DNA from: Acanthaster planci
Taxonomy: Eukaryota
Direction of reading: 5' to 3'
Length of the DNA stretch: 64,000 nt
Assembly (NCBI RefSeq): GCF_001949145.1
Contig: NW_019091357.1
Coordinates: forward strand, 1,729,704 to 1,793,703
Positions 25,029-40,100 of this stretch are shown piece after piece. A program made the translations under genes and the position numbers. The first letter of the stretch is position 1; every line of letters starts with the position of its first letter. Below the pieces are notes generated by a model. The model did not search any database and had not been told where the DNA came from. It was given only the letters and a program-made list of their open reading frames with translations.

Positions 25029-28000
25029 TTAATGGAACGTTCCACGTTTTACGTGGTTACTTGATATCGGGCTTGAGCCAGGGCTGGTAGGCTTGGAACC
25101 GGCACCTGTTATTAGCGTGATATCCCTCAACGCGTCGTCATTACCTGGTGACTGGACGAGACCTGGGTCCACCCCGTTCCCAATCACCAACGGCGATTTC
25201 CGTGATGAGGAGCCGGAGCTGGAATCCGACGGCACATCATGGGCGTCCATCGGAACGCTCTCCTTTGCGCTGGAGTCGAGGCCGTGACGGCTGGGCTGCT
25301 CGGTGTAAGGCTGCGATTGGCTAAGACTGCTCCTGGCGGGCAACGGTGACTGGTCCGCGTCTCGCGCCAACGTCTGGATGAGAGGCGGAAAAATGAAGTG
25401 CTCGCTCTCGGTGTTGTGCTCGGATTGACCCCTGTGCGTTGGTGTGTCCCCATAGTTACCAGGACTGGGCAAACTGAATTGCACAGACGGCGAATGCTGG
25501 GGTTGTGAGTCACTGTCATCAACGTCCTTTATCGGTCTTGGAGCCACTGCTGTGGCGTCGGCACGTTGCTTGGGGGACTGTGGGGACAGAAACCCCAGAG
25601 GGCGCAATTTAATGCTTCTGCCCTTTCCCTTAGCACTTTTAGAGTTTGGGGGTGGAGTGGTGCCACTGTCCGATGTGCCACTGTCACTGGTCCGACTGTA
25701 GTGCCTGTCCGTGTCAACCGACGACTCCGGTGCGGAACCCGTCCTTCTCTGGCCAGACTTTCCATGTCCGATGCGGAGTCCGCTGGTCAGGTTTCCAATT
25801 CCAGAGAGGATCACCGACGGTTTCTGCTTGAATTTCCGGGGTTTCCACTTGCTGGCAGATTTCTTGGACAGTCGAGGCTGGGGCATGCCGTCCGCTCTTG
25901 CCTCGGAGTCCGTCGAGGACACGCTCCGCCGATCGTCTTCGATGGTCACACGCTTACACACGGTGCCTGGTGAGGTCTGGCTGTCCCCAGAGCTGGACCT
26001 GCGGCTGAAGGACGAATGGTCCAAGGGCCGCTCGTCACTGGAGTTGGGCGGGTTCTTGAGAACTGGTTTGATGGGTTTATCCCTGGACCGCGGTACTGAG
26101 TGGGCTATCTGCTCCCTCTGGGGACTCTGAGCCCCAGCTTTGGTCCACGTGGTGGTGAAGCCGTCGTCCAGTTTTTGAACGATGACCTGATCTTCAGCGG
26201 ACGTTCCAACGGCTTGCAGGGGCTCCTTGTCGCGGCCGTCAGGTGCCGGGGTGCCTTCCCTCTCGGCAGCAGGGTGATACGAGCCAAGCAAAGGCTGCGT
26301 TTCATTGGCGTCTTCGGCGTCGTTTGGTGAGGTGCCGCCCCGCGAGCGCCTCTGGTCCTGCGGTGGGGACTCCGACACCGATCTACCAGGTCCGTGCTGC
26401 AATGGTGACAAAGTTCCCCTCTCCGCTGGCTGGTCCGTGGTTGAAGGACATGATGGGTCTACTACGAGATCGGAGATGCCTGATGCACTCCGTCTCTTTG
26501 CTGGTACTTTTCCACCTCTCCTACCAGCTTTTTCTCCCCCCGTTCCAAACAATCCGGTGGAAGGCACATCACAATGATGCGGTACCTCCTCGCCCTTCCT
26601 GGACTTTCTCGCGCTACTCCCGAAATTCTGACACTCGTCCACGTCTTGCCCGCTTATCCCCACCCCCGAGTGGCCTACAATCAGTCCCATGCGACCAATG
26701 GCTCTGTAAACATTAGGTCGCTCCGTCGGCCCGGTGTCCGGGAAGGCGTCAGAGGCTAAGCTGCTAGAGCTCTGCTTGTTGGCGTGGTCGGTGTAGGTGG
26801 TGGAGCTACAGGTGCGATCTCTGGGCGTGGTGGGTCGCTCACCAAGGCCACCACACCTGTAGGGCTGAGGTAGAGAATCCTTGGTCAGTTCCCGTACGGG
26901 CTGCGACTGCTGCTCCATCCCAATGGCTCCAAGATCCACGGATGCGTTGCTACAGGTCTCGTCACGACTGATGCTACGATGCGGGCTAGAATGGGAGTGC
27001 ACGCTGCCCTTATAAGAGCCCTTCAGCACATGCGCAGTGTCATCCATGACGTCCATCATATCAAGGCAGACATCTCTGATATTGAGGCTGACCAGGCTAC
27101 CGTTCATTTTGGCCTTATCCAAGGCCTCTCGCTGCTTCATCGCCTTTTCCTGCCGCTCCTGCTCGCGGTAATAATCAGAGAAGTTATTTACTATAATAGG
27201 AATCGGCAAAGCAATAAAGAGCACACCGCACACACAACAAACGGATCCAATGACTCTGCCTAGCAAAGTTGTCGGGTAAATGTCCCCGTACCCAACGGTG
27301 GTCATCGTGATGGCAGCCCACCAGAATGACTCGGGTATGCTTTTAAACTTGGTTTTCGACACATCTTTCTCGGCAAAGTAAGCCAGACTGGAAAACAGCA
27401 ATATTCCAATGGCAAGGAAGAGAATCAACAAGAACAGTTCCTTATAGCTGCGCTTCATCGTGTAGCCGAGCGACTGGAGGCCAGTCGAGTGTCGGGCCAG
27501 CTTCAAGATGCGCATGATGCGCATGATCCGGAAGATCTGCACCACCCGGCGCACGTTCTGGAACTGCATGACGCTCTCGCGGGACTCGGTGAGAAACAGC
27601 GTGATATAGTAGGGCAAGATGGCCAGGAGGTCGATGATGTTGAGGGCGCCCTTGAAGAACTTCCACTTGTTGGGGGCGGAGATGAGGCGCAGGACGTACT
27701 CCAGCGTGAACCACGCGATGCACACGCTTTCCACCAAGGCCAGCGACTCATTATCCGCGTCCCGCTTTCTGAGGTCCTCCGTCTTGGGCTTGAATGAGTC
27801 CATCGTGTTCAGAGACAAGGCGATAGTAGACAAAATGATGAACAGTATAGACAGGACTGCCACGACCTGTAAGGAAAACAAAAACCAGAGTAGAGGAATA
27901 ACCAAAGGTGAATCATTTTACAACAACCAAGCAACAACACCAACAACTCTTGGATGTAACTTTCACTCATTACATCAGGGTTGGGTTAAAAAAAAAACCA

Positions 28001-31000
28001 AGGGAATACTCCTGATATTTGAAATCTCCAACAACAAGCTCCGTAACTTGAGTCCAACCAATCCACGTGCAAATAAAGAAACAATTACAGTGTTAAAAAT
28101 AGCTTCCAATTATTTGAACAAATTAGTGCTGTAAATTTCTTAGCCTGTTGGGCACGAGACGAGCGAGTTAGTTCCTGGGCGACTTGTCTCGCTTTTTTTC
28201 TGATCTAGTGCACATGTCTAAATACGGTGAGTCGAACACTGATTCGAGACGCCATCTCGGTAGTCCCTCAAGGCAGCTCACAGCGCAACCCTCACCACTG
28301 AACACTTTTCATAAAACAGCATTTGTTGATTTTTTTTAAAAACACAAGCCCAACACACCAGAGGCTCAGAGGATCCTCAGCCCTGCACTGTTACCACACA
28401 AAACAAGTTAAAGATTGATTCCCACATTTCAAAATATCTCACACATCGGTCGCGAACACCGAGAAGCGCTTGAACATGCGAATCGAACGTTAGCTTCATC
28501 GCCCCTCGGGCTGAAGGGACGTCATTTAAACCTCGGGAGCTCCCGTCAGCAGGGTGCTACTTAATTGCAAGTAAAATTGGCGATAAGGTAGGCAAACATT
28601 TCGCCGTGTCAGCAATTACAATACACCTTGTGACGCCGGCTTTGGCTGTGTACTTACATACAGAGAGCGAGGAATATGAGACGAATCGGTGATGTACCAA
28701 AGCTTAATTTCAACAGCGATTCGAATTCTGGGAATTTCATTCACAAAGCAGCGTTTCTAGAGTTTGAATCCTACACTGTTCTTCTGTACCAGTGCTGAGC
28801 TTTTTCCTGCAGGGTTGTTAGGGTTCAGGTTCTTTGAAGTATAATCTTCGTCAGTGCGATTGGCTTTCGAAAGTCAAGCCCCTTCGATTTTCCACCACGT
28901 TTACCATTTATTATGATAAAAAAATCCAGGCATTATTATGGATCCGTTTTTGACTTAATGCATGCGAACTTCATGACGTGAGTTAAAACGGTACCTGTCT
29001 ACGTGTAGCTGCCTGCTCTTTGCTCATGAATATGCAAATTTAAATTTATCTGAGAAATGAAACAGCCAAACTACTTTTTAAATGGAAAGCAACAGTTCTT
29101 TTGTGGGTTTATAGAACAAACAGATACATTTTCCAGGGCTACACTTTTAAACGGCACTGCGTGGATCCTTCAAAAACATTTTGTAAGTCGGTATAATTTG
29201 TCATTTTTATTATTAAAAACTTTTGATGAGAGTGCTCAATTCAGCAAATTACATTACATTACATTTACTTCCTCCTCATGGCAAAATACGCAGGTACTAA
29301 CAATGTATGAGATAAATAGGCCAATAGAGGTGGCAAAAACCATATTATAAAATGCAAACCTTGTGTCAGGCATGCCATTACAAGAAACAAACAAGAGAAT
29401 ACAAAAAACACAACAAAATCTAAACTGAGAAAACATTACATATACAAAATGAGCATCAAAATAAAAATAGTAATGAACGAAAGAGCTACGGGAAGGAGTT
29501 ACACTTAATCACACATCAAACTGGGACCCTGGAGACTAGGACGCATGAAATCTATTACATAAAATAACACTTAACTTTCTGCTTGAAGGAGCTGAAAGGC
29601 CTTAAACATCTGTTAGAAATCTGTAAGCTATTCCATAGTTTAGGTCCGGAATATTTGACATTGTATCTAAAAGTAGATGTTCTATGTTGAGGTATATGTG
29701 AGAATGTATGTCAGCGGACTGGTACGAATTATAGCCATGTAAGTTACAGTTTAGGGTAAACATAAACATAAAAATTAATTCTTGTTGACATTGATTCAAA
29801 TTTGTGACGCTTAAGTATTTCACTTCACGTAAGAGCGGTTGACCGTGAGCCCAGTAACGTTTTCTTCAAACAAGAGGATCCATTTAGAATTGTAGGTATA
29901 AAAATATAGCTAGACCTTAATTACTGACAGTTGTAACTAATTTATCCATTTCTTATGCCTTTGCTAATACCCAGTACTTCTTTTGGTATATTCCGTACTC
30001 TGTAACAGCAGCTCCCGAGTTGCATAAATTTGGCCTGGGCTTAACCTATATTTGGCTTCTCCGAGTCCCCATTCGCCTCTTTTTTTAGGTCAACAATCTC
30101 AGAGAAGTGTACAATATCTCTACGGACTGTCAGCACCTGAAAATAATGTCACCGTAACAAACAGCAGGAATGCCTCTTACACGCGTGCACACACTCGGGG
30201 GCCACTTTTAGACCCGCGCAAAAATCGTGTTCCATTTCCCCCGGAATAGTCCTCAGTGACAAAACGTCCATTATAATTGCAAATATAGGGACCGGGCAGC
30301 GGGCAAACCTCGGCGGAGACGCAGGTCAATTTGTTTGGAGGCCCGTGAGGATCATGCCAGTTGCATCCGTTACAGCATCGTAAAGCTCCGTACGTGCACG
30401 CCTGGCAATCAGGGATGGGAACACGCGCCATCGATCTCGCATATGTAATCGTTCTTAAAACGAGACTGTGCGCCATTGCTGCGTTGAGTTACAGCAACCA
30501 CACGATATATCGATGCTCCCTCTCGACACGCTGCGTCACCGTTGGGCAAAACACTGCGGTGTTTCGGCTGTGTGAACACGCTGAAGTTAGCAAGCTTTAA
30601 GGAGATTAATACCTGTACAAATACGGACGATTCGCAAAGAGTGCGCCTCCAAGAGTATGCAATGTCGCTGGCCAATCACAACGTACAAAATCTGTCGACC
30701 CTTTCAAAACGCACATTAGGTCGACAGATTTCACGCATTGTACATGTGATTAGCCAAAGTGTTGCAAACCTGTCTTGGAGGCGCACTATTGTGAATCGCC
30801 AGTATTGACTCTCCCCATCTTAGGCTAGCCTCGTTTTCAGAACTGTGTTCACAACTATCTACTCTACCTCCAGTAGAAGAGTGTGTTGGACTTATCTATG
30901 TCTAATCACGCACAATTCCAGTACTTTCGTTTTTAGCAATCTTGACCCAAGACACCCAATTTCGGCAAGTCGACCAGTCTAACTGGGGTAGCACCAAGTG

Positions 31001-34000
31001 CTACCCTAGTAACAGGGGTTGGCAAAAATTATTGCATTTCATTTGACGTCACAAAATTCAGCCTGGCAGTCCAGTAAACGGGAAAAAATGAACAAAAAAT
31101 AAATAGAAAAAACGAAAGGACTCTCATTTTTCAGTTCTATTCCCTGATTTTCAATGTACAATTTTTTCCAAATTCAGGGTCGAAAATGTGCTTTATTTAT
31201 CTTCCCGTGTAAATCACCTCCACAGCCTTATTAAGAAATAAGCTCTCAAGAAAATCCACTTTGTACAAGAGACAGAATGCAGCGACGTTCACCACACAGG
31301 ATTGATTGACGTTTGTGCGATTTGACATCTTGGTTGGAATTTCAAAGGCTGCTTTTTTTCAGACAAACAAAAGTTACAAGAACGCCTTTCTGTATTTTTT
31401 TTCACAGACAAAAAATGGCTCTCTTTGGGGGTGCTATACGGCCCCCGTTGCCCACCCCTGGATCCGCCCTTGATGTCTTCAGTGTCTCTCTCTATTTGAT
31501 CTAAGGTAAATTTCATACGCCCCTTGACTTTTAACAGAACATGACAAACAAATAGACCTTGTTGATATCACATTTTTACTGACGTGCTGTTGCATACCCT
31601 CAGTCTGTGCCCTTGCTTCCAACCATTAAGAGAAGAACGCCCCGAACGCTGTGGGCTTTCCCTGAAGTGCCGGCGACCTTTCTATGCAGACTGGGGGCAA
31701 CCTGTAGGCCCATTTCCGAAACCACATCGTGGACGGTGCTCAGAATGACGTCCTTACCAAAAGCAATGGCCTGCTCTCAACCTCGTGGCCACTCCCCCCA
31801 GAAATTCATTAATGTTTCTCAGAGTGGAGGGGCTAGAACGTATTTGCGTTTGAACTAATTATCATTCAGAATTCTCGAGACGTCTGTGTCGTAGCCAAGG
31901 GGATATTTTTGATGCCGAGAACACTGCTGAAAAAAAAAATCCCTGAACTGTCCTGGGGCTATGACTGTTCACGGTTGTTTCCACGACGATTACAGATGCA
32001 CCTCGATCGTTTACCATCAAGCACCATTATGTTTGTATGCAATACGTGTATACAATATATATGCATTTCAAGCGTGTGCAGTGCTTCATGTTAAGGGCCA
32101 TATTCTTTGGAAGTTCAGAAATTCCAAAGGAAATGGTGTGTGGTTTCATCAAGCAAACAGGTAAAATGTTTGCTCTGATGTATATGATCTAGGAATTGAA
32201 TTTTTTTTTTTCAAATGTTACCATGCTCTGCCGATTCTTTGCTCTGGACATCGCGACCACCGGCCAGTTTTGTGCCCCTTTACAAAGCTGGGCCCCAAAT
32301 TATACGTGCATGCCATCTCAATATGTCCACAACAAAATGACGACGGTGGTAAACGCTCAGCGAAGCACGTTGCATCCGAAAATTGCATAACCACTTCGCA
32401 CCGAGAAGGTGCCTGCGTTTCCCCCGCGGAGCTGGTCACGACTGTGTGGCAAGATCTCGCCCACCAGTGCCCCCCCCGGAACTCACCATGAATATTTCAT
32501 TTGCATATTCCCGAAGCCTGTCATTCGATTCATCTGTGCGTGACAAGGTGTCATACAAAGCACGCCAGTGACTTCAAATTACAGAGTCTTTCAGTCTTAA
32601 TTTCCGTCGAAGGTCGCGCGGAGGACAAATTGAGCGTTGTAAGCAACTTGGCATACATGTAGATTAGAAGTGTTTTCCCGCGTGCTCCGTGCACCTGTGC
32701 TTGAGTGAATTTGACCAGGAGTGTCCATTAAATTCATCACGTTATCAGAGAAGACCCCTATAACAAATAGGGTTCGGAACGAGCCATATGTAACGAGATT
32801 TTTAAAAACAGGATGGAAGGCAAAATAACCACAGAAGCAGCACACAGTTGACTTACAGAATTACGCGAAATAAAAAGACGTTTCTTCAGCGCTCTAAAAT
32901 GTGGAAGACTGAGAACAGCATTTCAGAGAAATCTTCCACCTACATGCAGACTATACAAGTCTATTTGATCTTACAATGGAATATTTTTGTTGGTAAACAG
33001 CGAAATGCACCATGTGTTTTAGATTTATGTGCCTGTTTTCAGTTGGCCATAATTATTGTGGGAATTCTCTAATTAATTATTCATTAATTCTGACTGTTGG
33101 CATACTCTGGGAATCAGCATGAATACCGATCTGTAACCTTTAATTACAATGTTTTCGAGGGCCAAATTCTGTGTTAGAATAGGTGCAATGCGTTACATTG
33201 TTTTGCTATAGTTTTCCTAAGTTCCAACTTGAGCAAGATGCCATTATTTCCTGATTACAGATGAGACTTACCCGGGCAGCTTTGGAGGAGTTTGGTTTCT
33301 CCATGAGATCCCAGAGGTTCTTTCTCTGTTTGGCCCAGCATCCGGTGCCGAAGTTCTCCTGGTAGGTCTCCCGGAGGCTCTCGGCGATCCGCTTCTCCTC
33401 CTCCCGGAGCTGCTCCTTCTTCTGGTGGTACTTGTGCTGGCAGCACGTCTCCAGGTAGAGCTCGTCAATGCCCCAATACTGCAGGTCGTTGGCGAAGGAG
33501 ATGGGGCACATGCCCTCGATCAGGTGGAGCTTGCCCGTCCGGTAGAAGTTGAGGATGGAGTTGAAGGAGGCCGGGTGGCGGTCGAAGAAGTACTCGTTGT
33601 CCAGCAGGATATAGTCGTCGCAGATGGCCATGATGGTCTCGTGGGTGGTGCAGTCGCGTAGCCGGCCGAGGCGAGAGCGGGGCAGACGATTCAGAGTGCG
33701 CCACATCACCTGCGAGGGAAACATGGAGACGTCTTGTAATAAGCAGCTGTCGTCGGTGTAAGATCTTGTTCTGAAAATACACTACCCTAAAGTTCTTTCC
33801 TCTATATTCAATGGATGACCAGACACTGCATTTCAAGGAGCTTTCTCTTAATCCAATGAACGATTATTCAAGACAATGTGAGAATGAACATCATTGTCAC
33901 ATCATGAAAATTTCTGTTTCTCATGCTACTGTTTTCCTGTGAGCAAATTTGGTATTATAACATGGTATACATAAACTACGACATCTTTTTAGGAATCTCG

Positions 34001-34176
34001 AAAAATCCTGGCACCATCTGATAAATATATGATCGTGTCAGAACTTTTCTTACCTCGTGCCGTACACCGCCAACATTGACAATCACCCGCTTGGACTTGG
34101 CGCGCTGACTGATAATCGCCATGGGGTCTGGCAGGCTGGACGTCCGGGAGCTGGACCTCTCCCGCGTAAAGGACAT
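25029..34176 (-). CDS. Shab: Voltage-gated potassium channel Kv2/Shab (KCNB-like), 3 coding exons, about 1132 aa
   Basis: Exons 34176-34054 (ATG in gccgccATG context), 33709-33272 and 27866-25029, all phase 0. T1 domain [26 protein letters not shown]...EYFFDRHP...[24 protein letters not shown]4 [23 protein letters not shown], pore [10 protein letters not shown]6 [11 protein letters not shown] (PIP is typical of Kv2), long disordered C-tail. Confidence 0.96.
29300..29825 (-). mobile_element. 5'-truncated, degenerate CR1/L2-group LINE remnant (ORF2 C-terminus plus 3' tail) in Kv2 intron 2
   Basis: - strand translation across a frameshift gives LHGYNS...[24 protein letters not shown], matching the HxYNTR...[10 protein letters not shown]-terminal pattern of CR1/L2-type ORF2; T-rich 3' region follows. 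Confidence 0.7.
30618..30807. mobile_element. Palindromic MITE family A, copy 1
   Basis: Arms GTGCGCCTCCAAGA...CTGTCGACC / GGTCGACAG...TCTTGGAGGCGCAC; homologous to 48862-49037. Confidence 0.8.
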
Positions 34177-37100
34177 GGCGGCTTTTTTCCTTGTTTGTTG
34201 TTCCCGGGAAGAAGAGCCCAATCTGCTTCTAGTCAGCCACTTCTTCTGTTCGAACCAGAGCTCGACTGGTAGATTGTTCGCAAGCCAATGTAGTTTGGTC
34301 CCGCGTGTTTCACATTTCTGTTGGTAGATTCGGGGTGACAAAATTGAAGTACAATCAATCTTTTTATTCCAGCATATATGCTTAAGGTCGCCGCGAGTGA
34401 TTCACGACCTCTTTCCTCAACGAAAGGTTCGACTTCTAGGACACTCATCTCCGAGATATCCCATTACCTTTCGCGTGCTCCTTTTCGCTGCATGAACAGT
34501 GCATGGAGGCGTCATTTACGGCATTGTTACGGTGAGGCTTTACGATGCTACGAGTGTAGTTGGATGGTCCCGCCTGGTGATTTCCCTGGAGGACTGGTCC
34601 GCTAAATTAAAGTCGGGGAGAAACGAAGGCGAGCTGACCGAAGTGTTGAAGTCGTTTTTTTCTCTGTTTCATAGAAGGTTCCTGGAGACTATTGAACTTA
34701 CAATGGCAACCGAGGAGGGAATACATGTACACTCCTTCAAGACTGGATCATCTGCGAAGGGCAGTACCTTAACTCTTCGTCGTGCACGCAATTACATTTT
34801 CAAAATGGCAAGCGCACCTTCGCGCCTTGGTGGCAGTCCGTTGGCAGGCGAGTCAGTAAATGGGTCAGCTGACAGCGCGGTGTTCAACTTTTAATCCCAT
34901 GCACATGTACATCTCTCGCGATTCCTCGAGAAGCGCCATCGGAGCAGGAAACCGTAGACTTCATGGCGTCCCCTATCCATAGCCTCCCGCTCAGCCGCAA
35001 ACTCACACGACAACCTTTTCGTCTTCTGGTCTCGCACGTTGGCCGAGGCACGTTTTCAGCATACTTCGTCTGCAAATGAAATCAGAAACTAAATATCACT
35101 GACTTGTAACGACGATGATTAACATATGTTGGGCAGACGGCTCCTTGGCCTGAACACACCAAATAAAAATGTGATTGTCAACTATGAGTGAGATAGGCCA
35201 CGAGAGAGAAACAAAATCGTTCTAGGGTGATGATGGTATGCACACAGTTTTTACTTGAAATTCCGGAGAAAACATGTCTGACACAGTGCCCGACTTTGAT
35301 ACCAAACACAACAGAACGGTGGTAGGATCGTGCCAGGCGGGTCCCATACGAAACGCTACGCTGCATAAGTCGCCAGCATTACACGTTCTCAAGATTAATG
35401 AAACAGCTTTTTTGAAAACCTAACTTTGCAGTGCTTGCACATACCGTCGTGGTAAACCACTTCATTTCTCTTGTTTTGTTACACTGGACGCACGGGCAAT
35501 CGGAAGTCACCTATGCTTGATGGTTACTTTGGCCATACCAGCTACGATATACATGTACCGTGCTATCTTACAGTTAAGTGGCTAGATCCGCTATGATAAA
35601 GATACACCAACTTCGGCGATTTTTATTTCTAGTGCACAGATATGTACTGCGTTCTGATCTCACCTCTCGATCTCGTACCTTACTCATCTTTGACTGGGAA
35701 CAACGGAGATGTGATAATCGATCAGTACGAGACATCAACAATCCACTGCGATGTTAAACAAAACGACCGATACAAATGAACGGTGATGTCCGTGCCTGTA
35801 TGCTGGATGTGCACATGTACAGGAGATTGCGTATATTAACGGATATGACTGACGAAGCGTGAAGGAAACAATGCAGGTACGGGTAGGCCTATACGTCTAG
35901 CCGAAAGCGACATCACTGAATTGGCACTATGCTTGTAATTTCAGAGGGCCTGGAATTTACGAATTGCAAATCCCGCCTGGTAATGGCTGTTTGGCCTCAA
36001 AGTCCATCAGGGCTTTGAGCGTGTATTTTGTGTGTATCTTTGGCCTTGGAAAGCCTTGGTGTCTCTCCATTCCCAGCCTCGTTGACATCTGCTCAGCAAC
36101 CACACGCCCACGTCATCGGATGTGAATTCCGGCACTCTACCGTTTGAAATTACTGAAATTCATTTTCCTGCTTCGTCGAGAGGAGGTAGCCGTGTTTGGC
36201 CTTAATCAAACATTGCAGTTGTCCTGAACAAGTCACTCGGGTCAGTTTTCTGCTGTACTGAGTGGGTACCATACCAACGACACAAGCTCCGATGTTGGCT
36301 TTCCACAGTAGGCTACGTAAAATTTCATGTGTTTTCTGTGTTTCAGACACATTTTGGGCTGCACGAAATCGCACACTTTGATCTGTCTGCACTCAACGAA
36401 TACATCAGTACCATGGTAACTGAAGAAATTAATTAAGAATGAGTTATCCACGACTTGAAATTGACATGTTACATGTTCACAACCACAGGCTGAATGGTAC
36501 AGAAAGGTGCTTCACCTATGTGCTTCCGTGACAAGTACTGTACTGTTTATAAAATTATAAACCATATGGCGCACGTGCAGCATGTTCGGTCGTACTTTCG
36601 ATGTTAATCAGACAGTCGTCGTATTTCTCGGTAGACAAGCAATATCGCACTTTCCACATGTCAGCTCGCCTTTGTTCGAGAGCTTAATGTGACCCATTTC
36701 CCGCCAGCAATTTGTGCTGCGCTAAATGGCACCCCACTACTCGGTAGCCGTAGCTCCGTGTAGAGGTTTTGCACGGTAGCCATCTTGTAGGGCAGTTCTT
36801 TCGTTCTACATGGAAACCTCCTTTGTGCATACACTGTGCAACAAAAGCATCGGTCTGCAAGGTGGCAGCCAAGTAAACCGTCTAAAATGTAACCTGATCC
36901 CCTGTACCTCTCTGACTCCTATGAAATTCAAAATTAATGCTCTTCGCACCTTCATTTCCTATAACCGCATGGTCCGATGGTAAACCAGGTCACCCTTGCA
37001 TCCGGTACAACGGATGTCAATAATCAACACGGGTGTCGTGGAGAAAGGTGGATGCCTGCCCCTTCCCCAGAAAAAAATAATACAGGCTAGTCGAACTGTA

Positions 37101-40100
37101 AAAGCGAAAGAAATGAAGAAGATTTGAAAGGGGATGAAAATCAACAATTTGCTTGGAACAAATCTAAAAATTAGCCCCTTCAACAGTTTGTTACTAATAA
37201 GTGCTTTGCCCCGCCCCAGAAACCCCCCCCCCCCGATAAAAAGTGCTTCGGTCCTAGGACAAAACTCCTGGTGACGCCCGTATTCACCGATGCAAAACTG
37301 TGAACACGGCGCCAGATAGGCATGTAGTCTCTAGGGCATTTCTTCCACTCTGCAACACTTTCTCAAGCCAACTGCATGAATGTATGGGCTCTTGGGCGTC
37401 AAATACCATCGAAGAATTGCACCTTGAGTTTGAGCACGTGTGCGTATGCGAGTGCCGTTTAGCACCAGATTCGGTAACGTGTCACATACCTTCAGAGGGC
37501 GCTATCTCTACGTCTAGTGACGTAACCGTCATTCGCAGCTGGATTTGCTGGGCATGCAAAGCGCATTTCCAATTCATTCGGCGCATAGTGTCTACGCCTT
37601 AGATGTACATGTGAAAGAACTCGTGTTCCAAACTTTTAACAACAGACATGTGCCGAACAAAACGTATTACTGCCTTTACTGGCCTCAGAAAGTCTCTTTT
37701 GATCCCACGGAGGAGAAATGACAAGATTTTTGTATCTAAAATGAAACATTATGGACTTCTCCGGGGTGTTCGAATCAACTACGAGGAGGTCCTTCGTAAC
37801 CAGAATACGTGTATGGATAGTGACTGTCAGGCGCTAGCTGGTGGCTCCCATACGTGTCTGTGCTATTTCATTCAAGCCGTAGCCTTGGAAGCAGCCTTTT
37901 TATGCAGGAACCACGCAGTACAAGACAGTGTACCCTAACAGTATTTGCACAGCATACGTCAACGACGTCTTAACACGACCAGGCACCAGTCTATCATGCT
38001 CCTTGAATGCCAGATACTGGGGTATTTTGACTTGCTGACTCGTGGAAAGTCGATTTATTCTTAACCTAATTAAAGCGACTGTGTGCTCCCTTAAAAGGTT
38101 GCGGTGTACGTCACGAAGCCGACCCCCGTCCCTAGCCCTTTAAACTATATGCAAGACAGATATTTTGATCGACTTCCTTGTATGGCTAAACTGATGCTGT
38201 TTCGCTCAGTGATGCGAAAGAAGATGTGAAAGTATGAAGCGTGGAAAACGGTGTGACGAATATGCATCTTGATGCCATGCGCTTCACGATGCACGACGCA
38301 CATTGCGAACTACGCAAAGGGCATACACCAACAGAGGCGTTGAATGGAAAGACCCTCGATGGAGATGACAAAAAAAATTCAGATACTGATCCACACAGAA
38401 AATGACATGTCGTTTAAAATAAAAAGGACTAATTTTATACACCCGCAAAAACTCACGAGGACAAAAGCGTCTTTTTTTTAAATTGTGTTTCTACGTCAAA
38501 TCAAATCGATTCCTGAGAAAAAGTGGTGGTTGGCCGAACTGGAAGGAATAAAACAACAATATTATATACAACGTCCTGGAAAATATGAGGGGCAGAGATG
38601 AGAGAATAAATAGAAATAAAATTTGTGGGAAATTAAGGCGACTAAACGCATACTCTGTATTATTAAGTGGCACAGGCGAGAATAAAGACCTCCTCTGGTA
38701 GACTGTCGGAAATCGATTTTCATCTCTGGGCATTCCTCACGGGAATGAAACACAGCAGTGATCCTGAATTCAGTTTGCCTTGCTCGGAGCGGACTGGCAG
38801 ACGAAGGCCTCTCACTTCCCCCAAAGGCGCGACCAAGAAATTACTCCTCGTTGCCACGGCAACATGCATTACTTAGCAGAGTCTGATGAAAACTCGGTGT
38901 CAAGGCCACAGCGGGAAATTATTGACAAGCGTTCACTGCGATACAACCTGGTAAACCATATACTTCTGAAAAAAAAATTCCGACACGGCTTTTTTGTCCC
39001 ACACTAAGTCTTATAACGCAACACCGAACCTTTCAGGAACTTATGTAAATTTTCGTGCTTCTGAAGGGACCCCAGCGCATTATATGCAGGCGAACTACTG
39101 TAACCTCGCGGTCCGTATTTCTTGATATTGCAACAACGAAATCCCTTTTTTAATTCATAACTCTAAGTGGAGAAAGCCCCTGAAATATTAAAATCGTCCG
39201 GTCGCTTTACCGGTTAACCTTGATGTCCGCTAGTGGATAGTGCACATTTTCACGGTTGGAATGATCCTTCTTTCTCTGAGGGTGTCAGACAGAAAGGTAA
39301 CGAGAGAAGGGACATTAGTGGACTTTTCCTCAAATACATGTACCAATTTCACGTTCTTTAATCTAAATGAATGACATCCGAGTCGGTATAATCACGATGC
39401 TCCATCATTGGACGCCCCATATATATATCTTGTCGAAATACTCGAAACGGCGTTTAAGTTGTGCGGATGAGAAAGGAGTTGATACGGCAGAACTGTGCCT
39501 ATTGAGAAACTTAAAAAGTTCCTTTTAAATGCTTTGAGTAGTGCGTCCCCGTCAGTGTGACGACATTCTCAAAACATCATAGGTTCACTTTAAATGAGCC
39601 GAAAAAGATTTTTCCTGAGTTCTTTGAAATAACAGCTAGCATCGTGTGAAACTTGTTCAAGCTTGCTCGCCGTGTTGTGACAAGTGCCGTGAACACAATT
39701 AATTAACGTGCACCAAACGTAGTGTTAAGCCGTGCATTAGACATGTATACGGTGCCTGTGAACTGTTAGTGTGACGTCATCAGGATGTTGGCCTCTACAG
39801 TACCGAAGTGAACACGCCACGTGCATAATCATGTAAAAAGGCATTAGCCCAAGAACATTTTCGTGATGTGAAGAAATGGCATTCACTGCAGCTTTTGTAC
39901 AAAAGTATTGAGTGATTCTCTGTGTAGAGTTCCTTTGCCCTGGCTATGCAAAGTCATTACTCTCAATCAGACAGGCTCCGGCAACTTAGTTCAGTTGGGG
40001 GTTGAAGACCGTTTGCTTGACAACCGTGGCCAATTCGTTACTTCGCCGTGTGCTGTAGTGTGCTTGACGCACCATCCTGTTCGTCAACGACAAGGCCGCG

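Noticed and set aside
25093..28134. Antisense and alternate-frame ORFs over Kv2 exon 3
   Set aside because: Shadow ORFs expected from GC-rich coding sequence.
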